64,000 nucleotides of DNA, taken from Nitrososphaeraceae archaeon (lineage in GTDB: Archaea; Thermoproteota; Nitrososphaeria; Nitrososphaerales; Nitrososphaeraceae). Where the stretch lies: assembly GCA_044870745.1 (NCBI GenBank), contig JBIOZE010000131.1, forward strand, positions 430-64,429, written 5' to 3'. Shown here one piece after another: positions 27,878-37,128 of this stretch. Within the stretch, counting starts at the first letter, position 1, and each line of letters begins with the position of its first letter. The notes below the pieces were generated by a model, which saw nothing but the letters and a program-made list of their open reading frames with translations, searched no databases and had not been told where the DNA came from. Position numbers and translations under genes: made by a program.

Positions 27878-28761
27878 CTCGCTATCCGATATGTATGCAA
27901 TGTTAATGGTTAATATTTTTATTCATTTGAATATGATTTTACCATAACCTTACCTTGGCCTAATACTAGTAATGACATTATGAGTAAGATAGATTATTGA
28001 CCATAATGGTGGTTGATATTATTGCTCCTAAAAATAGGACCAAACGTCCTGATATAATTTTATGTCCCTTCTCCCCGTAAGCATAGAAGGAAATTGTTTG
28101 GAAATTATCTATGTGCTTATGCAGAATAGGAGATTTGCTTAGCGTCATTTATTCTCAGCAGTTTGCGAGGTATCAATTTCTATCATTAACTGACAACGAT
28201 GATAATTATTCTTCAGAGATTCGCAATTCTCATCTATCTATCATGGCCTGTTGTTCTTGGGTAAAAATCTTCGGACTTGTAGTTTTTTCGTACAAGGATT
28301 TATAACCTAGTGTTCCATTGGCAATAGAATATTCGATCCCCTTTTTTAGATTAGTAACCTCGTTAGATGGAACTATTTCAGTCATGTAATAAAAAATCTT
28401 GTCTCCAGACTTCACGCATTTTCTATCGGTCGGGATTGGAAAAATCAATCACTCATGTTGGCAGCACTCCCCTAGAAAATTCAGTGGGGCCAAATCCGAT
28501 CTCTGCCAATAGATGTCCTATCTGATTACTAAGATTGCCACGCATTGAAATATCAGAAGTTGCCATCCATTATGATCTGAGTTGAGTAATCCTCACCAAC
28601 GTTTCACGTCCAAATTGTAGATAACCTTTATCGGCATGTACATGATAGTTTGTTTCCTTTCGTATTTTGATATCATTCAAATCACTTTCCAGTTCTTTGT
28701 CGGGACCCGATGGGATACCTAATATATGGATTGCATTATGCAAATTTTAAGGATTGATGCA

Positions 28762-30177
28762 TTGAAGCGTGTCACAGTGATGAAATTTGGAGGAAGCGCT
28801 CTGGGGGTTGATGGTTCAGGAGTCGCAAGTGTAATTGAAAGAATAATCCAAAAAATGTCTGAATCCAAGATAGTTGCGGTATTCTCTGCACCTTTGACAC
28901 TTTATAATGGAAGAACAATATCCATGACTGACGTTGCGATCCATGTGGGCAAGAGTTATTCCAATTCAAACCCTGTAGAGATAGATATTTTGAAGGAGGT
29001 TTATGAAAATATTTCTACTGGCCAAATTTCAGAGGAGCTTTGTAAACCACTATTTGATGATCTGAGCAATTTCCACAAGCAGGTAATTATCTCTCTCAAA
29101 CAGGCCGCTGAAAATCGGAGGTTTGTAGATGTTACCAGAGCACGAACTTTGGCATATAGTGGGGAAATAGCAATGTCATATTTGATGGACTATATACTAA
29201 GAAGTAAGGGCCTGGTCTCGACTCATGTAAGAATAGAAAACTGGCCCATAATAACAGATGACAACTTTGAGGCTGCTACTTTTTTGTTTGAAGAATCAAT
29301 GAAAAGAAGTGCCTACCTTAAAGATTTGATTGAAAAGCATGACATTGTTACCATAGGAGGATTTGTAGGTAAAACTATAGATGGATTGGAAACAACTTAT
29401 GAGAGGGGAGGCTCGGACAGGACGGCTGCTGATGTAGCACTGCTGCTGACCGAAGAATATGAGACGGAATTAGATTTTGAGAAAGATAATGTTGTTTTCA
29501 GCGCAGATCCAAAGATAGTGAAGCAGAACCTTGAATATGTCAAAGAGTTATCATATAACGAAGCAAAGTTAGCTGGAATGTTTGGTATGAAAATTCTTGA
29601 TCCTGTTGCGATAAAAGAAATCGACGACAATGGTGTGGATATTCCCATCACCATAAGTGATATGAAGAATCCTACAAAAGTTACTAGGATAATGAAACAC
29701 GCAATTGAGGGGTCTAAAAATTATTTGAAGATAGTTACTGGAAAGAAAAATTGTGCAATTGTAAGAATCGAGAGCATTGCAGCGTCACACTTAGTAGCAA
29801 TGTTAGAAAGTGATAAACAATATCATGACTTTGTAAAACTGTCGCCTTATAAGAAGGACGGGATTGAGATTACAAGGTTACTGTTCTTGGACGGAGACTA
29901 TGTCAGACGACAAGAGCGTCACTTCAAGGCATTCTATCCAAAACTCGAGATCATGTACGGAAGAGGAGTTGTAACATTAATTGGGGATAACATGTGGAAA
30001 ATTCCTGGAATTGCTTCCACTACAAGCAGTACGGTGGGAGAACATAAAATAAACATTCTAAACATGGATGCGCAGGAAGAAACCTCCCGAATATTGATTG
30101 TTGTTGATGAATCCAATGTATCTGATGCTGTTAGGGCAGTACATGCGAAGAGAAACGAAATTCATGGAATGAAGTAA
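28762..30177 (+). CDS. lysC: Aspartate kinase
   Basis: VMKFGGS, SGE, ERGGSDRTA, SADPKIV, LSYNEA, C-terminal ACT domain. TTG 28762 preferred to track start 28726. Confidence 0.9.
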   Translation: MKRVTVMKFGGSALGVDGSGVASVIERIIQKMSESKIVAVFSAPLTLYNGRTISMTDVAIHVGKSYSNSNPVEIDILKEVYENISTGQISEELCKPLFDDLSNFHKQVIISLKQAAENRRFVDVTRARTLAYSGEIAMSYLMDYILRSKGLVSTHVRIENWPIITDDNFEAATFLFEESMKRSAYLKDLIEKHDIVTIGGFVGKTIDGLETTYERGGSDRTAADVALLLTEEYETELDFEKDNVVFSADPKIVKQNLEYVKELSYNEAKLAGMFGMKILDPVAIKEIDDNGVDIPITISDMKNPTKVTRIMKHAIEGSKNYLKIVTGKKNCAIVRIESIAASHLVAMLESDKQYHDFVKLSPYKKDGIEITRLLFLDGDYVRRQERHFKAFYPKLEIMYGRGVVTLIGDNMWKIPGIASTTSSTVGEHKINILNMDAQEETSRILIVVDESNVSDAVRAVHAKRNEIHGMK

Positions 30178-30180
30178 ACC

Positions 30181-31098
30181 ATGAATGGAAGAAAGATTTG
30201 GATCGATGGAGATTTCTACAATTGGGATGAAGCGAAAATCCATGTTTTAACTCACGCTCTTCATTATGGAACTGGTGTTTTCGAGGGGATACGATGTTAC
30301 AAGTCAGCTAAGGGATATGCAATATTTAGGTTACGTGATCATATAAGTAGATTAATTGAAAGTGGCAAAATGTATTATATGAATTTTCAGCAAACTAATG
30401 TAGAAATTGAGCGCGCTGTTTTGGAAATAATTCGGGCAAATGGTTTGGATGAATGGTATATTCGTCCAATTGCATATTATGGATATGGTAAAATGGGGGT
30501 CAATCCCTTACCAAATAAAGTATCGATATCAATTGCTCTCTGGAAGTGGGATGAGTATTTCAAGTCCAATTCTAAGGATGGAGGAATAAGGGTTATGACT
30601 TCGTCTTGGCTACGTATAGATAATAGGTCTATGCCAATGCGTGCCAAGGCCACTGCCAATTATGCAAACTCGGCATTAGCTAGAGTTGAAGCAATTAAAG
30701 CAGGATATGATGAAGCGATCATGCTGAATCTACAAGGCAAGGTCGTTGAAGGATCGGCCGAAAATATTTTTGCAGTAAAAGACAAAGTTATCATTACCCC
30801 TCCCATTAGTTCAGGAGCACTAGATGGTATTACACGGAATAGTATCTTAACTATTTGCAATGACCACGACATTAAAGTTGAAATACGTGACCTTGCAAGA
30901 GACGAACTATACTCAGCGGATGAAGTTTTTTTGAGTGGTACAGCTTCTCAAATTAAGTCTATTACAGAGATCGACAGCAGGGTGGTAGGCTCTGGTAAAG
31001 TGGGAACAATTACTAAAAAGCTCCAAGGATATTATGAAAAAATAGTTCGAGGAAAAGGAGGTAAATTGAGCAAGATTTGGCTTACATACGTGAATTAG
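30181..31098 (+). CDS. ilvE: Branched-chain amino acid aminotransferase
   Basis: HALHYGTGVFEGIR, PLP-Lys in AKATANY, EGSAENIF, LDGITR. Confidence 0.95.
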   Translation: MNGRKIWIDGDFYNWDEAKIHVLTHALHYGTGVFEGIRCYKSAKGYAIFRLRDHISRLIESGKMYYMNFQQTNVEIERAVLEIIRANGLDEWYIRPIAYYGYGKMGVNPLPNKVSISIALWKWDEYFKSNSKDGGIRVMTSSWLRIDNRSMPMRAKATANYANSALARVEAIKAGYDEAIMLNLQGKVVEGSAENIFAVKDKVIITPPISSGALDGITRNSILTICNDHDIKVEIRDLARDELYSADEVFLSGTASQIKSITEIDSRVVGSGKVGTITKKLQGYYEKIVRGKGGKLSKIWLTYVN

Positions 31099-31265
31099 AG
31101 TAAAGGTCATTGGACGTCTGATCCTCCGCAGATAAATTAATTCCGGCACGTATACTGTTAGCAATTAACAATTTAGCTGTAAGGGGCCCGATAGGTCAAT
31201 GCATACGACATTTTCATGTTCTTTCAGCATGAGCGACATGAGTATTATTAGAATGATCGTAGCTT

Positions 31266-32204
31266 TTAGATACCAGTTTCGTTTAGGACAAGAGCAAGTA
31301 ATGCAGCTCTCAGTTCCTTTCCGTACGCGGCCTGTCTGAAGTAGACTGCGCTATCAGTTGAATCGATTTCCTTAGAGATTTCATCAACTCTAGGCATAGG
31401 ATGCATGATAGACGCTCCTGATTTTAGCTTATTTTGGACGTTACTATCTACTACATAAGTACCCTTAACCTTTTCATATTCTTGTATGTCTGGAAATCGT
31501 TCCCGCTGAATTCGCGTAACATATAATATATCTATTTTTTCCAAAATGGAATCATCTAGTTCTGTAAGTTCAATTATTCTTAATTTTTCCTTTAGTCCAT
31601 ATATGGACTCTTGCCTGAGGCGTAAAGATGGAGGTGAAACAAGATAGATTTCAACATTGTAATGGATGAGTCCATATAATAGTGAGTATATGGTCCTCCC
31701 GTATTTCAGGTCACCTAGAATACAAATTTTTAGCCCGTCTATATTCTTCTTTTCCTTCTTCATCGTATAGAGATCAAGCATTGCCTGAGTCGGGTGTTCT
31801 TCGCTGCCACTCCCCCCGTTAAATATTGGGTGACCAGAAATTTCAGCAGCGTATCTGCTCGATCCGTCCATCTGGTGTCTGAGTACTAACACATCAGCAT
31901 AGAGGTCCATGGTCTTAATAGTATCGTATAATGTTTCACCCTTTTCGATTGAAGAATAATGAGGATCAAATATTCCTAATGAGCTTCCACCAATTGATGC
32001 CATTGCAGCTTCAAAGCTCATTCTAGTTCTGGTGCTGGGCTCGTAGAATACATATCCTAAGATTCTAGCAGAGCCAAGTTGACTTCTCTCTTTTGCCTTA
32101 AGGGTTCTTATTTTGTCTGTTGCATCAAAGACAAATTCCAAGTCATCTTTGGAAAAATCTTTGATTGACACGATATCACGGTTAAAGAAGTGGTTAGTCT
32201 TCAT
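31266..32204 (-). CDS. pyrB: Aspartate carbamoyltransferase catalytic subunit
   Basis: FYEPSTRTRMSFE, EHPTQAMLD, GDLKYGRT, HPMPR. Confidence 0.98.
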   Translation of the reverse strand: MKTNHFFNRDIVSIKDFSKDDLEFVFDATDKIRTLKAKERSQLGSARILGYVFYEPSTRTRMSFEAAMASIGGSSLGIFDPHYSSIEKGETLYDTIKTMDLYADVLVLRHQMDGSSRYAAEISGHPIFNGGSGSEEHPTQAMLDLYTMKKEKKNIDGLKICILGDLKYGRTIYSLLYGLIHYNVEIYLVSPPSLRLRQESIYGLKEKLRIIELTELDDSILEKIDILYVTRIQRERFPDIQEYEKVKGTYVVDSNVQNKLKSGASIMHPMPRVDEISKEIDSTDSAVYFRQAAYGKELRAALLALVLNETGI

Positions 32205-32298
32205 ATCACTCAGCTTTTAAAAATATTGTTAACGCATCCTAATAAAAGATTGTCAGCGTTGTAAGCATTATCAGTTATATTATAGAATTTTCCAGATA

Positions 32299-33447
32299 AT
32301 GATGATCCCCCGAATGAAAAACTATCTTCTTGAGTTTGTGATTTTTACACTTTTTTCCTTGTTTTTGATTTTTACAATTGTCCATAGTAGCATAGGCATT
32401 AGCCAGGGGTCAATGGATATGCCGCTTACTATTTCATCTACTATTAAGACATTAGGTACAAGTATTTCTTCGATGATTTCAAGTGCATATTCAGATAGAA
32501 ATAACTACGCATTTGCCAGTAATTCCACGAATGGTTCACTCGCTGAAAATTACATTGGTAATTTCAGTGGATTTAAGACCGATGGGTCAACAAACGCTGA
32601 TTTCGACAATTTCACAAATATGACGAATATGGGAAACGTGAGTTTAGGTAATAGGGATTTTCTCAAAGAAGAGATCAATAGGTCATCATCAACAGACTTG
32701 TCAAATGCCCTGAGTTCCGCTCCAACCATTAATACGATAACTTATACTCCCAAGTTTGTTTGTGGAGCTATCTCTTCTTCAGAAGGTCCCTTAAGACCTG
32801 GCTACTATGATACAGACATAAGTATTTTCAATAAGCAAGACTATGCAATTAACTTTCTTTGGAACATGGTAATTACAGATGGGCACAGTTCAAATGCAAT
32901 TATTAAAAAATTGCCGGCTGAAACTTCAACCAAAATATCATGTTCTGATCTATTTGTCCTTCTTCCTGATAATGTTAAATTTCTTGAAGGTTTCGTAGTT
33001 ATTACGCTTCCTGTTAGTGGTAATATGATTGGCGCATTTCAAGACACTAGAAATAGTGGAATCTCCATTTTGAAACCAACCAATCGTGAAAATGCGAATT
33101 TGATTGACGTGCAGGTATTTTATACTGCAAATGCTTTACCCAACTTGCCTGAGGCTATAATTATTGAGAAGATTTTGTTTAGGGTACTGAACGATTCTTC
33201 TGGAAAGATTCCTAAGAAATTCTTGGATTCGGACTTAGAAGTAGCCTTTCCGGTACAGCATGAGGAAATTTACGATCCTATAGAGCGTGTTAAGGCGACA
33301 TTTGTTCGACAATACGGTTTGTCTTCTTTAGAAGCAAGTAATTTGAACGTGAAAATAAATCAAACTGATTTGAGTGCATCTTTTCAGCAAGACGATCATG
33401 CGATATCCTCTTCAAGAATTCTTCCTGACATAGAGTACGATAAGTAG
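32299..33447 (+). CDS. Secreted or membrane-anchored protein with uncharacterised KFVCG domain
   Basis: N-terminal hydrophobic segment, N/S/T-rich linker, YTPKFVCG...PGYYDTDISIFN...ISCSDL...EGFVVI...IDVQVFYTA. Confidence 0.8.
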   Translation: MMIPRMKNYLLEFVIFTLFSLFLIFTIVHSSIGISQGSMDMPLTISSTIKTLGTSISSMISSAYSDRNNYAFASNSTNGSLAENYIGNFSGFKTDGSTNADFDNFTNMTNMGNVSLGNRDFLKEEINRSSSTDLSNALSSAPTINTITYTPKFVCGAISSSEGPLRPGYYDTDISIFNKQDYAINFLWNMVITDGHSSNAIIKKLPAETSTKISCSDLFVLLPDNVKFLEGFVVITLPVSGNMIGAFQDTRNSGISILKPTNRENANLIDVQVFYTANALPNLPEAIIIEKILFRVLNDSSGKIPKKFLDSDLEVAFPVQHEEIYDPIERVKATFVRQYGLSSLEASNLNVKINQTDLSASFQQDDHAISSSRILPDIEYDK

Positions 33448-33509
33448 CAACCTACATGCACTATTAGATTATGATAGTGGTTATAGATGGTAACTGACCA
33501 GAACGAACT

Positions 33510-34178
33510 TCAAATATTGAATGCGCGGCTTAAGATGATCAATTCAGGACCCGTCGTAAGACCTCCTACTACTATGGATTTTGAGTTGGCTACGATACCT
33601 GAAGATAAATATGGGATACCTCCATTTACTGTTGCCGGTTCAACGTCAACCTCCAAAATTTCTGATATTGCTTGAATTTCCTGGTCGGTAGCGCTAGGAT
33701 GAACTCCAGCTCCTTGATTTGTAGAAACTATCATTGATCCTGTTTGAGTAAAGCCTGCAATTGATACGGCTTCGACTTGGACTCCTAACACATCCCTTAT
33801 TTGATTATGGGTTTCGGCGTTAATCAAGCTTGATACCACTGCACCTTTATCATTAGCAGAGATCAAATTTCCAATTGCTGTTAATTTAGAGTCCAATCTC
33901 TCAACATTCAATTTACTAGCATTTTTAAAAATCTTTAATTCTTCATCAGAAGCAGTTGATGGCAGGAGTATGCCATTATTGGTCATTACGGTTAATGGGC
34001 CGACTAATCTTGTTCCTGCTACCGAAACATAAATCATTTTTTCAACCCCAAGATATTCTACAAGTTTCTTGACCTTGGTTTCCGCAAAGCCAAAAGGAAC
34101 ACATAATAGCGTATTATTTGATTTTACAAATAAGCCAATATTCGGACTTCGATATACATCGTATTTGTAAATCCCCAA
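33510..34178 (-). CDS. eif6: Translation initiation factor 6 (aIF-6)
   Basis: SPNIGLF, AIGNLISANDKGAVV, GVHP, TVNGG...SG, TTGPEL. Confidence 0.95.
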   Translation of the reverse strand: MGIYKYDVYRSPNIGLFVKSNNTLLCVPFGFAETKVKKLVEYLGVEKMIYVSVAGTRLVGPLTVMTNNGILLPSTASDEELKIFKNASKLNVERLDSKLTAIGNLISANDKGAVVSSLINAETHNQIRDVLGVQVEAVSIAGFTQTGSMIVSTNQGAGVHPSATDQEIQAISEILEVDVEPATVNGGIPYLSSGIVANSKSIVVGGLTTGPELIILSRAFNI

Positions 34179-34330
34179 CTACTAAGGCTAGTAACAGAGT
34201 TCATATGAACCTATGGGAACCCAAAGTTTTGGAGAGTAGAGAATACTGCGGCTGAAACTATGCTTTGCTACATCAATCAGATTTGTTTTATGTTTCTACA
34301 TGAAAGACTGAATAAGCTATTACCTGTTTC

Positions 34331-37042
34331 CTATCCAGAGGCGCAGCTACTAAAGCCACACTCAATACACATATTACAACCTTCAGTAATGATCAGTCTT
34401 GAACTGCATGATGGACAAGCCTCACTTTCGGTATATTCGGTTGTTGACATTGGTGGAAGCGTCTTCTTGGCCTCAGCCAGAGTATGGACAAAAAGATCCT
34501 CTTTTGCTTCTGACTCTTTGAAAACTTTTTCAAGTTGTTCTTTGACATAATTCTCTTTGATGTTATTACGAATGTAATCTACAACGAAGGAGCTAGGTTT
34601 GACAACAAAATTCTTCTCTTTCTTGTCATTTCCAGTTATGTGAAGTACTTGTTCGTGTCTAGAACCGTCTCTATAGACCGTGACTCCTTTTAGTCCCAAT
34701 TCGTGTGATAAGAGATATGAAACTTTAACGTCATCCACGTTGACATCTCCTGGCATATTAATTGTCTTTGCAATTGCATTGCTAATCCATTTTTGCCATA
34801 CGGCTTGCGCCATCAGATGATCTGTCCAATGTATGTCGATTGCCGTAACAAATGATTCTTGAATCCATTCTGGGATTTCGCTGAGGCCTCTAACGGAACC
34901 ATAATTATTTGCAACTTTTGTCAATATCTCGTCACTATAAAGGCCCATTTCTTTCAACATGTTCTCAAACACTCTATTTGTGTAAAAGAATCTCCCGACT
35001 GTTACACGTTTTTCAAAGACAAGCGCAAAAACCGGTTCTACTCCATTTGATGTGTCAGCTATCATTGATAATGTTCCTGTTGGCGCTATGGTTGAGGTCC
35101 ATGAATTTCGGATTCCATGTCGCTTTATCTTTTCGATTAGAGAATCCCAATCGTATGAATGTAATTCTTTGGGAATTTCATAATAGCCAGCTACAGGAAT
35201 TATCTTTCCGTTTTCGAACCCTGTTTTATTAAATAATGGGAATGCTCCTCTTGCCTTGGCGATTGCAACGCTTTCCTCCATGCTAAAATAAGAAATGGCT
35301 TCAGCCAATTTGTTCATGAATTCATAGCCTTCTTTAGAATTGTATGGAATCCGTAGCATAAATAACAGGTCAGCAATGCCCATAATTCCCAGTCCAATCC
35401 TTCGGGTTAGTTTAGTATTGTAATCAATTTCCTCGACCGGATACTTGTTCATATCTATGACGTTATCGAGAAATCTAGTAGACAGGCGGACTGCCTGTTC
35501 ATATCTTTGCCAATCAAATTCAAACATACCATCTGCTTTCCTTTTAACAAAGTTTGCCAAATTAATTGACCCTAGATTGCATGATTCGTAGGGATATAGG
35601 GATTGTTCACCGCACGGATTTGTTGCACGCAACGGCCCATTTTTCGCTACAAGGCACGGATTGTATTTGTTGATGTTATCAAAAAATATCACGCCTGGTT
35701 CAGCACTTTTCCAAGCACTAAATGCAATAAGGTCCAATAATTGATGTGAATCAACTTGACTTAAGGGCTCCTGTGTTCTTGGATTCTTCAGAGTGTACCT
35801 GTGGTTGTCCTTATTCACTAGTGATTGCCAGAAATCATCCCAAATTCCGACACTCACATTAAAGTTTTCGAAAACGCCAGGCTTTGTCTTTGCGGTTACA
35901 AATTTTTCGATATCAGGATGCCATGCTTCTAAAATTCCCATGTTTGCTCCGCGTCGTTTTCCACCTTGTTTTACTACATCGGTTATTGTATCTATAATTC
36001 GCATAAACGAAGTTGGTCCTGAAGCTACCCCGGATGTTGAAGCAACTATATCACCTTCTGGACGCAAATCAGAGTAGTTTATTCCGACGCCGCCACCTGA
36101 CTTGAATATCATAGCAGCATCAGTGGATGACTTCATTATTTTTGACATATCATCTGGTATGTCAAGAACGAAACATGCAGATAGCTGTCCCAACTTTGCT
36201 CCAGCATTCATAAGAGTTGGGGTATTTGGCAGAAAATCTCTAGAAACCATGAGATTGTAGTATTCTGATATTCTTTCGGAGTATGACGACATACTGCCAT
36301 CAGCTATCATGCGAAGGAGTTCTTTGAAGCTTACTTTCATGTGTCCAAGCTCGGCCAGATAAATGAAATGACGGATCATGGCTTCGAAATGATATCTACT
36401 AAGGTAATAATCTCCAAGTTTTAGCTTCATATCAAAATCGTCAATTTTTGAATAGTATTTTCGTGCCTCTTCTATATTCTGGGAAACACCCCCTGCAGAA
36501 GAAAATACTCTTGTGTCATGTAACATGTCGGGAATTGACACTAGGACCGCAACCCGTTCAAACATTAATTTGGGTCCTTCAATTATTTCATTATTGTTAT
36601 CCCTAAGTAGATAACGAGCCGCGAGTACTCGTAACGAATTTAGGTCAAAAGCCTTGTCAACTTCGTCCAGATCTCTCTTGTTTAAAATTTTCATCTTTTC
36701 ATCTCTAATTTTGCGTCTCTCGTGCCTGTATAAAATATACGCCTTGGTCGTTTCAGACAGTCCCTCTTCGATCAGAATTGATTCGACGATATCTTGAACG
36801 TCCTCTACACTTGGAATCATAGCAGCACTATCAATTCCGTATCGTTGCTGAACCATCTTTTGAAAGACTTTTTCTGAAAGCTTCTCAGCAAGTAGATAGT
36901 CCTGCTTACCTACTGCTATCAATGCTTTGTAAATAGCATTAGATATTTTATTCTGATTAAATTCAACTATCCTTCCATCCCGCTTTCGTATTTGCATTAT
37001 AGTTTTTTCACTTGAATTATTTACCTCAGTAACCCCAGCCAT
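34331..37042 (-). CDS. nrdJ: Class II adenosylcobalamin-dependent ribonucleotide reductase with N-terminal ATP cone
   Basis: IRKRDGRIVEF ATP cone, PNTPTLMNAG, SACFV, TNPCGEQ, ESCNLGS, TIAPTG, C-terminal CPSC...CIECG. No intein. Confidence 0.97.
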   Translation of the reverse strand: MAGVTEVNNSSEKTIMQIRKRDGRIVEFNQNKISNAIYKALIAVGKQDYLLAEKLSEKVFQKMVQQRYGIDSAAMIPSVEDVQDIVESILIEEGLSETTKAYILYRHERRKIRDEKMKILNKRDLDEVDKAFDLNSLRVLAARYLLRDNNNEIIEGPKLMFERVAVLVSIPDMLHDTRVFSSAGGVSQNIEEARKYYSKIDDFDMKLKLGDYYLSRYHFEAMIRHFIYLAELGHMKVSFKELLRMIADGSMSSYSERISEYYNLMVSRDFLPNTPTLMNAGAKLGQLSACFVLDIPDDMSKIMKSSTDAAMIFKSGGGVGINYSDLRPEGDIVASTSGVASGPTSFMRIIDTITDVVKQGGKRRGANMGILEAWHPDIEKFVTAKTKPGVFENFNVSVGIWDDFWQSLVNKDNHRYTLKNPRTQEPLSQVDSHQLLDLIAFSAWKSAEPGVIFFDNINKYNPCLVAKNGPLRATNPCGEQSLYPYESCNLGSINLANFVKRKADGMFEFDWQRYEQAVRLSTRFLDNVIDMNKYPVEEIDYNTKLTRRIGLGIMGIADLLFMLRIPYNSKEGYEFMNKLAEAISYFSMEESVAIAKARGAFPLFNKTGFENGKIIPVAGYYEIPKELHSYDWDSLIEKIKRHGIRNSWTSTIAPTGTLSMIADTSNGVEPVFALVFEKRVTVGRFFYTNRVFENMLKEMGLYSDEILTKVANNYGSVRGLSEIPEWIQESFVTAIDIHWTDHLMAQAVWQKWISNAIAKTINMPGDVNVDDVKVSYLLSHELGLKGVTVYRDGSRHEQVLHITGNDKKEKNFVVKPSSFVVDYIRNNIKENYVKEQLEKVFKESEAKEDLFVHTLAEAKKTLPPMSTTEYTESEACPSCSSRLIITEGCNMCIECGFSSCASG

Positions 37043-37067
37043 CCCGACCTATACAAAAAGAGCTTAG

Positions 37068-37075
37068 CTTAAAAG
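37068..37075 (-). promoter_or_regulatory. TATA box of nrdJ
   Basis: CTTTTAAG on minus strand, 25 nt before ATG 37042. Confidence 0.55.
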
Positions 37076-37128
37076 GGTTATCTTACTAAAAAATATTATA
37101 GTAAAGGTGTAAACTAATTGATTTTACA

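Noticed and set aside
14437-37042. Inteins at the usual AtpA and NrdJ insertion sites
   Set aside because: Both proteins are normal length with contiguous motifs and no C/S...HN splice junctions.
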